Source of the DNA: Eledone cirrhosa
Taxonomy: Eukaryota
Assembly (NCBI GenBank): GCA_964016885.1
Contig: OZ024753.1
Location: 40,362,001-40,426,000 of the forward strand
DNA: 64,000 bases
Direction of reading: 5' to 3'
Of the stretch, positions 1-13,766 are shown one piece after another. Each line of letters starts with the position of its first letter. The first letter of the stretch is position 1. The notes under the pieces were generated by a model, which searched no databases, had not been told where the DNA came from, and saw only the letters and a list, made by a program, of their open reading frames with translations. The translations under genes and the position numbers were made by a program.

Positions 1-430
<430 letters not shown>

Positions 431-713
431 TTCGTGTGTCTGTTAGTATTTATGAGTGTAAGAAGTGCTTAAGCATTTGTACGCATTTCTGAATAAAAGT
501 ATTTGTATTCACTGTATAATTAGATATGTTCCGTAGACACTGACTACCCCCCCCACCCCCACCCCACCCCACACACACGCGCGCACACACACACACACGC
601 ATATTCATATGAATGCATACAAGCAGATGTCTATGTGTTATATAGATATATAGATAGGCGAATATATATGTATGGGTATATAAATGTATCGGTGGGACGT
701 ATTTATACACGTA

Positions 714-765
<52 letters not shown>

Positions 766-966
766 TATATAACCAAAAGTTAGACAAGACTGGAATTGAA
801 CCATCAGCAGAGTTGAGGTATGTCAGACATCAATTTATATATTTTATCTGATGAGGACGTAATGAGGAAACAGCACAGTACCTTTGAAATATATATAATA
901 AAATATCTTTGATTACATGAATGTCTATATTTATTAATATTTTGAATTAACACACACACACACACA

Positions 967-1083
<117 letters not shown>

Positions 1084-1170
1084 CGAGAGAGAGAGAGAGA
1101 GAGAGAGAGATGTGTATATATGTATGGGTATATGAATGTATTGGTATGTATTGGTATGTATTAGTACATA

Positions 1171-1274
1171 TACAGAATGTCCTAAAAAAATGTATATACA
1201 CTTCAACAGTATTCTAATAAATATTGCCTCTACAGGTAATCAAAGTGTGTATACAATTTTTTGCGACAAACTAT
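1171..1274. mobile_element. Same Tc1/mariner MITE family (older, inverted copy)
   Basis: Reverse-complement core caacagtattctaataaatattgcc. Confidence 0.6.
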
Positions 1275-1282
1275 ATACATAT

Positions 1283-1456
1283 GTAGGAGGGTCGGCTGAA
1301 TGTTAGAGCTGTGAAATCTTGCTTGCTTTCAATTCAACTCTTTTTATTAATAACATCATTGTTACTTTCCAGTGACTATGTTGAAGAATAAACGTCATTT
1401 GGTCATTCCATGAGAGTATCTTGGTCAGCCTATGAACTGTTTAGTCAACCCACGTA
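1283..1456. mobile_element. Decayed mariner-type MITE
   Basis: Ends TAGGAGGGTCGGCTGAA ... TTTAGTCAACCCACGTA form imperfect TIRs with TA ends. Confidence 0.45.
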
Positions 1457-1492
1457 TTTATCGGTATAGGACATATTTCTTTCTCTGTAGGA

Positions 1493-1962
1493 CAGTGGTT
1501 CTCAACCTTTATTTTTGCCAACGGCACACATTGGAACACATGATAAAATAGCGGCCAACCTGGTTAAATATATATGAAAAATATTTGAATTTTACGAAAT
1601 AAAAACATGGCAAGTCATAGACGGTACTCAATCGTAGGAACAGACTAGTCATCGACACATTGAATGATTCAAACTAAATAAAGAAAAACACAGCTATGAA
1701 CTTACTTTATCGCAGTGTTTCGAATTTCATCAGTCACATAGCTGGCTTCTTTAGTGAGAAATCTGGCTTTTATTCATAATTTCCTCAATGTTTGGTCGAA
1801 TATGAGACAGACACAACCTCATTTCTTCTCCCGTTGTACGTAACCTTTCACGCTTCTTATTTTTAATGTTGTTTAATGTTGAGAAGCCTTTTCTTAGTGT
1901 ACCGTTCAAAATTTCGTGGCACACTTAAGAAGATCTCGCGGCACACTGGTTGAGAATCACTG
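1493..1962 (-). mobile_element. Internally deleted hAT (Charlie/Buster-type) DNA transposon
   Basis: TIRs CAGTGGTTCTCAACC / GGTTGAGAATCACTG; imperfect 8-bp TSD CTGTAGGA/CTGTAGAG. Minus-strand remnant GFSTLNNIKNKKRERL...MRLCLSHIRPNIEEIMNKSQISH* (1751-1890) resembles Buster transposase C-termini. Confidence 0.85.
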
Positions 1963-2204
1963 CTGTAGAGTTATGCCCAGTCTTTAAAGATAATCTCATG
2001 ACTTGGCAGAGTCTTCATAAAATTCAATGTTAAATACAACCTATATTTCTCAGTAGGTCAGATGGAGACAGTCAGTCAGTCATATAACAAACACACGTAC
2101 ACACACACACAAACACACGTACACACAAATGCATGTACTTATATACATACACATTCCCTCCATAAGTTCAGCACACTCATACACATACACACAGAGGAAT
2201 ATCT

Positions 2205-3356
2205 AGGTTGTTACCAAAGAACCAGAAGATTGACAAGTCGACCCTAAATGAATAATAATTGTTTCTACTTTTGGCACAAGGCCAGCAATTATCCCAGTGC
2301 ATTACTGGTACTTTATTTTATCGACCATGTAAGGATGAAAGGCAAAGTTAACCTCGGCGAGATTTAAACTCAGACCGTAAAGGGGCGTAAATCTATGCTG
2401 CAAAGCATGGCGTCCGACACTCTACTAATACTGCCAATAGCACCAAGAAAGCCATGGACATCTTCTTTTACTTCAATTTTGAAAGTAGGTTTATAATTAT
2501 TAATTTTCAGTAAACTTGTATATCTGTCTCTGTAGCCTAGTGGGAGGTACCATAGACTGCAGAGATCCCAGTCTGGAGTTCGAACTTAGCTAGGGGCTTC
2601 TGGTAGAAGTTTTTTTTTTTTTTTCTAAGGGATGTAGAAGAAAAAACTGAAAACGATAACATGAGCCCTTTGACCAGGATTGTACCTAAGACCAGTATCT
2701 CCGCCGTTTCTAATACCTACCGTTAGGCCACTGAAACAGCTACGGAAATCATGTGAAAATTCCTACTTATAAACCTACTTTCAAAATTGTCAATGCAAAA
2801 TGAAGTTGTGTCGTTCATGGCTTTCTTAATGTTATTACTCCTACTGAAGGTTGTTACCAAAGAACCAGAATATTGACAAGTCGATCCTAAATATTACTAA
2901 TAGCTCTACGAAAGCTATGAACGACACCACAATAAGTTTGATTTTGAAAGTAGGTTTATAATTATTAATTTTCATTAAACTCTCATAGATGTCTCGGTGG
3001 CCAAGTTGGATGAATCATAGCCGATGGTGATCCTGGTCTGAAGTTCGATTCTGGTCGAGAGTAGGGTTCCCGGTAACCCTTTTCAGTTTTTTTTCTGTGG
3101 AATCTCAAATAAAAACAGAAAAAAGATTACATGTATCTCTTAACCAGGATTGAACCCAAGACCAGGATCTCCACCGTCTCTAGTATCTACCGTTAGGCCA
3201 CTGAGACAGCTACGAAAATTTACTGAAAATTCATACTTATAAATCTACTTTAAAATTTTTGATACAAAATGATGTGGTGTCGTTCATGCCTTTCTTAATG
3301 TTATTGCTCCTGTTTAGGGTCAACTTGTAAACCGTTTGGGTGTTCTATAAACTACA
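2205..3356. mobile_element. Two tandem copies of a ~500-bp fold-back element with tRNA-like arms
   Basis: Long imperfect TIRs (gaaagtaggtttataa / ttataaacctactttc); A/B-box-like sequence in each arm; copy 1 is interrupted by a SINE. Confidence 0.55.
2257..2445 (-). mobile_element. tRNA-derived SINE
   Basis: Reverse complement of the 59094-59277 family. Confidence 0.85.
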
Positions 3357-4345
3357 TCCTCATTTTGTTTCTCATCTATATAGACTATATTTGAACCTGT
3401 TATCCATGTTTCAGTTATTTTATGTAACCAGGAATGACTAAACGCGAAATTCTCCGGCTGGATCGGATGTCAGATCGGAAATGACCATAAATATATACAG
3501 CAAGTCATTTTATTCACTGCTGTATTTAATTCTCTTTCTAAATTCACCACATCTCGAGGAGTTTAGCATTAGTGAAAGCTTATCATATATTACATTCTAT
3601 ATGTGTTCCCACGTAGACACAATCAGAATTAGTATGTGTCATGACTCGCCCCTCTTCCTCTCACTTTCCTTTTACAATGTATGTCTGAACAAATCTAACA
3701 ATCTATATATCTATCTACTTAACCCCTCTCTTTACCCCTCTAGCCTTATAGACGTAACACTATTCCCTACTGAGGGCATGGTCTAAGTGCCTCTTAAGAG
3801 ATAATCTGTGTCAACACTTGAGATAATATATTTGATAATAAGACAATATCGCTATAATAATTAAGCAGTATTTAGTTTTTAATTTGCTAGAACCTAAGAC
3901 AAAAAGGAACACAATAAAATCATTTATAGATACAATAGTTTATTTTATCATCAATAATTCATTGTCACAAAGTCCACCTTTACTTAGGATTGTGACAAAA
4001 ATTGAGTTGTTGTTTACTCTACGCAACTGTAAGTAAACTTCTTCATGAAGCACAAAAGAACATTTAAGAACTAGAAAACAAAATCGGGAAAAGAAATGTA
4101 AAAAGTTGCTTTCATCATTGAGGATTGTTTCACGAGGGTTCTGAGAAGTAGTGTTGATAAAAATAAAAAATATGAGATCGAAAGGTACGTCTGTGTGTGT
4201 GCATATGTGTACTTGGAATGTATCTGTGTACAAAATATATATCCAACCCCCAAAAGTAAAACTCCTTATAACCTGGTCGGATTGCTCAGACTGGAATTCT
4301 TATATTGAGTTGTAACAGCATAATTAGTCCTAATACAGACACCAG

Positions 4346-4377
<32 letters not shown>

Positions 4378-4380
<3 letters not shown>

Positions 4381-4987
4381 TGGCTGCCAACTCGTTTTCG
4401 AGTACGGCCACTACTTTATATCCATGTAGGAGAACCCCTACTGATGGGCTGAACGAGTGTGACTTTTTAGTCTCAGCCAGTGACTTGAAAACTCTGGTAC
4501 AAACACTACACTTGAGACAATTATTGACACATAGTGCTGGGCCCATGGTACCATGTGACGACAAGTGCAGAGAGATCTCCAGATATAAAGCAATGCCTGT
4601 GCCGTGAAGATTTTATAGTGAGCAAAGGCACTGCACAAAGCCAGTCCCACTCTCTTAACCAAGATGATATTTACCAAAAAGAAGAACAAGTCAACATCAT
4701 TGGATACCATCAGGGTTGCAGGTGTTATATCAGAGTTTTCCTTCTCCTAGAATTCTGCCTTGACAAAGGCTAAGGGGTCATCTCTCCCGGTGATTTTGGA
4801 TGGCCATTGACTCTTAAGAGCTCCTTTGCCCTTTGACAGGTTTTGTTTTTAGTCCTGCAGGATGTCCAAAGTCACCCTCCTCACCAAGAAACCTTGGTGG
4901 GGTTGCCAGTTTAGTCGCCAACGACCCGACCATGAGACAGGTTGTACTGGGATACATGTTACCAGTAGCACCAACTGGTGACCTGAC

Positions 4988-4988
<1 letters not shown>
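4378..4988 (-). mobile_element. Non-autonomous internally deleted RTE-type LINE derivative
   Basis: RTE-like 5'UTR motifs (CTAGGAGAAGGAAAACTC) joined to a C-terminal C2H2-like remnant (CSVC.RVFKSLAGLKSHTRSAH) and a CTCG-AAAA-CGAG 3' hairpin ending in (TA)n. Confidence 0.6.
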
Positions 4989-5042
<54 letters not shown>

Positions 5043-5426
5043 TATATGTATATATATATGTGTGTCTGTGTGTGTGTGTTAATCTTTTTTCGACTTCTGT
5101 AATATGAAATAGTATTAACGCTTTTTTTTCCTGAGGAGGGAAACATGTTGGATGTTTGGAAGGCAACATGTAATTTTGCACATGAAAATACATTAGGGGT
5201 TATCATTATCCTTAGCTTCCATATAACCATTGCCACCTACAGAGAACACCCGGGGTGGAATAGGAAGCAGGGTTAAATAATTGGTTTAAAATGACAGCTT
5301 GACAAGCACGGTGAATTAATTCGATAAGCTACACGCATACACATACACACAGACACACACATATTCATACACACACACACACATATTCACACACACACAC
5401 ACACACATATTCATACACACACACAT

Positions 5427-5480
<54 letters not shown>

Positions 5481-5628
5481 GCATTCGCACTGACACATAC
5501 GCATTCATACACACGCACTCACACACACTCACACATTAACAGACACATACTTATTCATACATACACACATACATTCTCACACACACACACACATTCACAG
5601 ATATACACAGACATACTTACACAGTTAC

Positions 5629-5828
5629 NNNNNNNNNNNNNNNNNNNNNNNNNNNNNNNNNNNNNNNNNNNNNNNNNNNNNNNNNNNNNNNNNNNNNNNN
5701 NNNNNNNNNNNNNNNNNNNNNNNNNNNNNNNNNNNNNNNNNNNNNNNNNNNNNNNNNNNNNNNNNNNNNNNNNNNNNNNNNNNNNNNNNNNNNNNNNNNN
5801 NNNNNNNNNNNNNNNNNNNNNNNNNNNN
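5629..5828. other. Assembly gap (200 N)
   Basis: Run of N. Confidence 1.
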
Positions 5829-6103
5829 ATCGTAAAGGGACATAACTATGCTGGAAAGCATGGCGTCCGACCCTCTACCGATACTGCCAAATGATTTCTA
5901 GTATAGGCACAAGGTCGGTAATTTGGGGGGAGGGGAAATTCGATTAAATCGGCCCCAGTTCGTTAATGGTGCTTTATTTTATCGACCCCGTAAGGATGAA
6001 AGGCAAAATTAACCTCGACGGGATTTGAACTCAGACCGTAAAGGGCCGTAACTCTATGCTGCAAAGCATGGCGTCTGACACTGTACCGAGACTGCCAATC
6101 CAC
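5829..6103 (-). mobile_element. tRNA-derived SINEs (one cut by the gap, one full)
   Basis: Family motifs present. Confidence 0.8.
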
Positions 6104-6794
6104 CGTAATAATATCAAAGACATCATTTTCTGTGATCTCGATGGTCTTGTGAAGGCCATGGGCACTGCTCATTTCTCCAGAACTAGCAAAAAAAGAAAAA
6201 AAAAAAAAGAAAAAAAAAAAGAAAAGAGAAGCAAAGGAAAAAATAAAAGTAGAAATAAATGATAATAATAGATATTTGAAGACCTGCAGATTTAGTTGCT
6301 ATATTTAGATGTTAGCAGAAATAACAAAACAGCACTCACTCTCCATCGTGTGACAAATGCTCCAGGAACAATTCACAAGAATAAAGTTACGAAAAAAGTC
6401 ACAGGAGACAAGCTCCCATTTTTTTATATTTTTTGTTAATCCCATGAAAAAGTTAATTTATTTAAAATAATGTAAATTTATAAGCTTGTACTCTATATTT
6501 TACTGATTCCAGTCATTCGACTGTGACAATGCAATGCTATAGTACAACCTTGATTTAGTAAAATAATAATAACAAAAGTAGCTTTTTTTTGTTGAGGTTT
6601 GGTACATATTCTATCCCAGCCTTTTTTTTTTTTTTAGAATCGCTAAGTTTCTTTCATTTTTTGTGAACCACTCACTTACACAGACGCAAATGTAAACTAA
6701 GTTGCGAACTGACGCATAAACACAGTCTCTCTCTCTTTCTCTGCCCCCCCCCCCCATTCTCTGTCTCTCTCTCTCTTTCTCTGTCCCCCCCCAT

Positions 6795-6864
<70 letters not shown>

Positions 6865-8895
6865 ATTGCATCTCTTTGAGACAGACCTCATAAAGGTGTT
6901 GAGTGCTTTGTCGGTGTGCCGCCTGTAATTGTAGTTTCACAATTGACATATATTTATATATTCGTTTACGTACTCGTTTCATTTGGTCGTTTTCTCCTCT
7001 ATCTCTCTATTGTGTTGTCTCATACACATCTTTCCAACAGCTTGCTCAGGCCATCATGCAAACCGAGCTCAATATTATGCTGCCCCGTCCCATGCATGAA
7101 AGTTCAGGGACTAAAGATATATGACAGAGGAAAAAGTTGGATGTTCTTATTTGTTCATCTCATGTTTCGTATTTTTTGCTTTCCTGTGCAACTTCGGTAG
7201 CAGTCGATGACCACTACTTATACCTCTTTAAGGATCTTCTCCTTATTTTATAAGGAGTATATATATATATATACATGTATATATGACGGGTTTCTCCAGT
7301 TTCTGTTTACCACATTTCAAATTTCACCTATAGTGGGAAGACACTAGCACGAAAAATCACGCAGTTGAACTGAATTCAGATCTAAATGGTTGTGTGACAG
7401 ACCCCTTAACCACACAACCTTGCCTGCTCTATAAACATTTAAGAAAAAGAAAACACAAAAGCTTGTAAACACTAAATTCCAGTTTAAGCCTATTTTACCA
7501 AGCCAAAACTGTGACTTTTTTAGTAACCTTTTTCTTGATTCTTTCATTCCTGTTTCTTTTTATTTCCATTTATCGTTTGATTGACTTACATGTTAAAATA
7601 TTTCTTTGAATACATTTTCCATATAAAAAATACACACGATAAAGTTTATGATCGGAATATTGTTAGGTCCGTGTCTTTGGAAATCATAAGACAAGGCACT
7701 ATATTGTCCTAGTAGTTTTTTACCAGCCCTTTATATACTCATAGCACGAAGCAGTAACACGTTTTATAATCTTTTCCCATCTTTTTTTTGTTTTTCCATG
7801 GTCGCGGGAGGAAGGCAGCGCCCATTTTGCTACACTGAAGAAATCCTGGGTTGATATCGGCGGTTTACTTTGATTGGTTCAAATTAGTATTTGATGTAGA
7901 AGCGTCGATATCATTTGTTGATATTTCTTGACTGGAAGTCAGGTGTTGATAACCGAAATGTGGTATTAATGATGGATACTCGTGAGGGGAAATGATTGGT
8001 CGATTCAGAAAAGTCGTGATCATTTGTTGATGCTGAATGATCGGTATTTGGGGCGTCATTTCAAGATTTGGTACCAGTGGTTGATACCCAAGAGACGATA
8101 TCGAGGGTTGACTGTATTGTAAGGTCGTTAGTAATGGTTTATAAACGACAGTTGATATTGGTGATGTTTGATGTTCAAGAGGCGATAGTAACGGTTCATA
8201 GTGAAGAGATGATTCGTGTGGCTTTTTTTGTTTTTCTTTAATCTTATGCGAATAAAGCGCAGCACCCATAACTATTATTTGTGTCGGGGGATTCCGATAT
8301 TAGAAGAAAGAAGGATTTTTTTAATACTTAGAGCAACGATCGAATCAAAATACCTGCAGCAAAACGGGACTCCACTAATGGCATCCAAAACCTAGATCAC
8401 GGTTTAAGTTAGTATTTGAGAAATGATGTAAGTGATCCAAGAATCAGAAGTTGACGTTTCAAAATCAAATATTATCTACAGTTTGATGTTTCGAAAGAGA
8501 ATACCAGAGTCTTGTTTCGAAAGTGGATATCGTTGGTTGCTGTGTGAAAGTAGTTATCAAAGGGTCATATTCATTTTTACCAGCCCATATTCTTCCTCGC
8601 TGAACAATTTGCTTGGAAAAAAACAGACGTTCTTTTGTGATGAAAAAAAAATAAAAAAAATATATATATAAATATCGTCGCTTTGTAAACATGACGTCAT
8701 AATATTAATACAAATAAAACAAAATCTTTTTTAAGATGGTAATTAGGATAATATCTCTTGTGAAAGAATGTATCTGTAGGTATATAGGTATATAGATAGA
8801 CACACATACACACGGACAGATAAACATATATCAAACACAGATTCTTACACACATATCTATATATGTATATATATATATGCATGGATATACATATA

Positions 8896-8952
<57 letters not shown>

Positions 8953-9093
8953 GTGTGTGTGTTTGTATTTCTATGGTTATATATATACATTTAAGAAGTA
9001 TATTAGTTTGCTGAAACCTCCTCCAATTCCACCAAGCGTGAATCTAATATAACTTGTGTACAAATAGTCTCCTGTGTTTTGTTCGTTCATATC

Positions 9094-9178
<85 letters not shown>

Positions 9179-9351
9179 GTTATATTTGGGGAGGGCCATT
9201 TTGATATAATATTACCAGAAATAATAATAAAACACACTAACTGTTTGGTTTGGATTGGTTTTCACTCCTGTATATTTGATATCCCAATAGTTAATTTAGC
9301 TGGCAATCAATGTTTATAATTGATTGACTAGCAGTTAAAAATATAGATACG

Positions 9352-9418
<67 letters not shown>

Positions 9419-9539
9419 TATCAAAGTTCGTTCATCACTCATTTGTGACATCATCAATGGTACTATTTGTTACATATTTGTTTCAACACACGATTTCATA
9501 TCAAAAACCTTCCAAAACAAATACACACACACACGCAGA

Positions 9540-9573
<34 letters not shown>

Positions 9574-9661
9574 GTTGTCGTAGGGTTGCAATTAAATGGT
9601 CAGTGGGCGGTATGCCGTTTGAGCACTCGATGCTCGCGCAGAGCAGAGTATAATTTTAAAG

Positions 9662-9850
9662 AGCGGTGGATTGGCAGTATCGGTAGAGGGTCGGACGCCA
9701 TGCTTTCCAACATAGTTACGTCCCTTTACAATCTGAGTTCAAATCCCGCCGATGTTGACTTTGCCTTTCATCCTTACGGGGTCGAAAAAATAAAGTACCA
9801 GTAATGCACTGGTAAATTGCTGACCTTGTGCCTAAAGTATAAATAATTAT
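9662..9850 (+). mobile_element. tRNA-derived SINE
   Basis: Family motifs present. Confidence 0.85.
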
Positions 9851-9927
9851 TATTATAATAAATTGTGTTGTGATGCATTACTGTTTCCTCATTATCTTTG
9901 GATTTTAGTCTTCAAATTTATTATTAT

Positions 9928-9990
<63 letters not shown>

Positions 9991-10117
9991 TATGTATGTA
10001 TGTATGTATGTATATATAGTAATAATAATAAATTTGAAGACTAAAATCCCAATTAAGTGCCGTACTAAGAGTGAGAAATGAAATTTCGTTTCATTCTATT
10101 CCATTTATATATATATG

Positions 10118-10149
<32 letters not shown>

Positions 10150-10318
10150 AATATGTATGTGTGTGTATAGGATGTACCATAATTAGTTATTTACAAACAA
10201 ACGTAACTATGTCTTGCTTGAGAATGGGCGCCATTTCGAATATTTAATGTACTTACATACACTTATACGAATTGGCTATTTACTACTTTGGAATCAACAT
10301 TATTTGCACCTCCTTCGC

Positions 10319-10905
10319 GGTGGTGGCAGAATATGTAGAACGTTCGGTGAATTGGCAGTATCGGTAGAGGGTCGAACGCCATGCTTTCTAGCATAGAGTT
10401 ACAGCCCTTGCCACCCTGAGTTCAAATCCCGTCGAGGTTAACTTTGCCTTCATCCTTACGGGGTCGATAAAATAACGCACCAGTAATGCACTGAGTAATT
10501 GCTGGCCTTGTGCCGAAAGAAGAAACAATTATTTAGGGCGGTGAATTGGCAGTATCGGTAGAGGGTTGGACGCCATGCTTTCTAGCATAGTTACGGCCCT
10601 TGCCATTCTGAGTTCAAATCCCGTCGAGGTTAACTTTGCCTTTCATCCTTACGGGGTCGATAAAATAACGTACCAGTAAAGCACTGGGTGATTGCTAGCC
10701 TTGTGCCTAAAGTAGAAACAGTTATGTATAATGCCGTTGTAGTATTTCTTCTGGCTCTTAAAGTTGAGTTCAAATCCCACGCACGCCCACTTTGTCTTAC
10801 ATCCTTCCGGGGGAGACAAAATAAATTACTATACAAGTATGGAAGTTGAATTTATAAACTTCACCATTACCCGAAATTACTTATATTCTGGCTAAGTTAG
10901 AAATC
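10319..10905 (+). mobile_element. Tandem SINE cluster (two young copies nested in an older one)
   Basis: Repeated A box, B box and central domain. Confidence 0.8.
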
Positions 10906-10976
10906 TATATTTTTAATTTCGTTTTTTTTCCTCTCATACATATGTGTTTGTGTGTGAGTGTATGTGTGTGAGTGTA

Positions 10977-11054
<78 letters not shown>

Positions 11055-11096
11055 ATTGAACAGAAAGATCGTCCTGTCTTTTGTGTTATATATAGA

Positions 11097-11258
11097 ATAA
11101 TTGGTTCTAATATTGGCACAAGGCCAGCAATTAACCAGTGCATTACTGGTACTTTATTTTATCGACCCCGTAAGGATGAAAGGCAAAGTTGACCTCGGCA
11201 GGAATTGAACTCAGGCCGTAAAGGGACGTAACTATGCTGGAAAGCAGGTCCGACCCTC
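11097..11258 (-). mobile_element. tRNA-derived SINE
   Basis: Family motifs present. Confidence 0.8.
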
Positions 11259-11565
11259 GTTATCAAATTGTCTTTTTTTATTTAAAATAGCAAATGTGTA
11301 AATATTTGACTGCTATATTTAGCAGGTTTAGCGACCACTTTGAAGCAACCCTCGTTAGCTTGATATACATGTATTGGTATGTATATATAATGTTCAGAGA
11401 GAGAGCGAGAGAGAGGGGGGGAGAAAGAGTAAGCATTTCATAGAGGGAATGAGAAATATAGAAAGTAGAAAGTAGATAGGAGAGAAAGTGGGAGAGAAAA
11501 CACGGGTGTGTTGAAGTATCATGCTAAATAGATAGAGTATGAAAGAGAGAAAGAGCGAACGAGAT

Positions 11566-11648
<83 letters not shown>

Positions 11649-12699
11649 TATTCAAGGTGACAGAGTGAGAGATTAAGACATATAGAATAATAGAGATATA
11701 GCAAGAGGAGAGAATATAACAAGTGGTCCTGTGGAAAGAGGCCAAGTAAAGCGATCAGGCAGACAAGAGAATCAGGAAGAGGGGGCATAGAAGAAAAGCA
11801 AGAATAGAGAAGGAGAAAGATCAACTAATGAGAGAAAGAGTGTGGAGAAAAAGAGACAGAAATACAGGGAATATATGACAGAGTGGGTTGACAGACAAGA
11901 AAGAGTAAGAGACCGCTAGACCGGCGCCGTACTGGCTGTCCAGCACCTGTGAACGCTTATCAAACACATCACTGGTCAAACACTGTTCTAGAGAAGGCAA
12001 CAGTTTTTTTTTTCTCTCTTCTCTTTGCCCTTTCCTCTTTCCTCTTTTCTGTTTCCTCTCCTTCTCTCCCCCTACTCCTCCTCTTCCTCCCCAACCTCGC
12101 ATTCTTCCTCTACTTCCACCTCTTCTTCTGTTTCTTCTTCTTCTTCTACTCTTTTTTCTTTTTCTTCTTCTACTACTTTTTTCTTCTTTTAATTCTTCTT
12201 TTTGTCCTTTTCCTTCTCTTTCTCCTTCTTCTCCTTCTTCTTCTTCTTCTTCTTCTTCTTCCAGTTGATACTTTAGTCTTGTTCTTTCGTGTTTATGTTT
12301 TGTTTTGATTTCTATATTGTTTTTTATATTGTTATTCCCCCCCCCCCCCAACAACTTATAAGGTTACTGTAATGGTTGGTCTCTATTGCTGATATAGCTG
12401 ACACTTATGATGATGATGAAGATAATGGTAATGAGGAGGAAGGAGGGGAGGCAGGCCGAGATGGTGCAGGTGGCGGTAGAGGTAGAGGCGGAGGTGGTGG
12501 TAGCAGTAGAGGTGGAGGCGGAGGTGGTTGTGGAGGTGGTGGTAGCGGTAGAGGTGGTTGTGGTGGTGGTGTGTGTTGTTGTTTAACCTTCAACTCGAGC
12601 AGTAGACCTATATGATCACGAGTATTCCAGCCATGACCATCTCGTTTAATCCCATCTTTTAAATGCATAACCTTTATGAATGTTATCAGTTAACCAACA

Positions 12700-13276
12700 T
12701 ATAATTGTTTCTACTTTTGGCACAAGGACAACAATTTGAAGGGGAGGGGAAGGTCAATTAAATCGACACCAGTACATTACTGGTGCTTTATGTCGATCAA
12801 ATAAAGTACCAGTAATTCACTTGGGTAATTGCTGGCCTTGAGCCAAAAGTAGAAACAATTATTTATTGAACCCGTATGGATAAAAGTCAAAGCTAACCTC
12901 GTCATCATATAATTGTTTCTACTTTAGGCACAAGGCCAGAAATTTGAAGGGGAGGGGAAAGTCAATTAAATCGACCCCAGTACATTACTGGTCTATTATT
13001 TATTGACCACATGGTTGAAAGGTAAAGCTAACCTCGTCATCATATAATTGTTTCTACTTTTGGCACAAGGCCAGCAATTACCCAATCATATAATTGTTTC
13101 TACTTTAGGCACAAGGCCAGCAATTACCCCAGTGCATTACTGGTACTTTATTTTATCGACCCCGTAAGGATGAAAGGCAAAGTCAACCTCGGCGGGATTT
13201 GAACTCAGATCGTAAAGGGACGTAATTATGCTGGAAAGCATGGCGTCCGACCCTCTACCGATACTACCAATCCACC
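12700..13276 (-). mobile_element. Cluster of about five truncated or full SINE copies
   Basis: catataattgtttctact restarts at about 12698, 12907, 13041 and 13088; includes one inverted fragment. Confidence 0.8.
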
Positions 13277-13401
13277 TCATATAATGCCCTTTCTTTTGCT
13301 CGTAATTGCATACGTATGTATATAAGACCCCATAGTGGGATTAAAGAGAGATTTGTCTACTATATCTAACAGTTAGTAATCATATATATATATATATATA
13401 T

Positions 13402-13580
13402 AAGTTCAATCGGTGGTAACCACAGTAAGTAAGGTACTCAACAAAGCAGAGTATAAATATTTAATATAGAAAAGGCTTCTACAGGACTAGAACTGTTTCA
13501 TTCGGGAGAAATCATCAGGAAGCCCTGATGATTTCTCCCGAATGAAACAGTTCTAGTCCTGTAGTAGCCTTTTCTCTATA
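13402..13580 (-). mobile_element. Fold-back Penelope-like relic, family A
   Basis: About 110-bp palindrome plus unique tail between (TA)n tracts; hammerhead core; homologous to 22144-22298, 56286-56478 and 56616-56782. Confidence 0.6.
13474..13524 (-). ncRNA. Type I hammerhead ribozyme (family A)
   Basis: GGCTTC-CTGATGA-T[TTC-TCCC-GAA]T-GAAA-CAG-TTCTAGTC-CTG-TA-GAAGCC: 6-bp stem I, stem II, stem III and an intact core. Confidence 0.75.
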
Positions 13581-13651
13581 CATATATATATATATAGAAA
13601 AGTAATATATAGAAAAGTAATATATATATATAGAAAGTAATATACATATAT

Positions 13652-13706
<55 letters not shown>

Positions 13707-13708
13707 AT

Positions 13709-13766
<58 letters not shown>

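Noticed and set aside
841-905. CTGATGA...GAAA hammerhead candidate
   Set aside because: Stem II is weak and the cleavage register does not fit stem I; at best a decayed relic.
10227-10232. GGCGCC as a Smad site
   Set aside because: Lies in a mariner transposase 3' remnant (NGRHFEYLM) with no spaced GTCT.
11821-12668. Poly-Glu/Arg/Gly/Pro ORFs
   Set aside because: Trinucleotide low-complexity tracts without domains or splice support.
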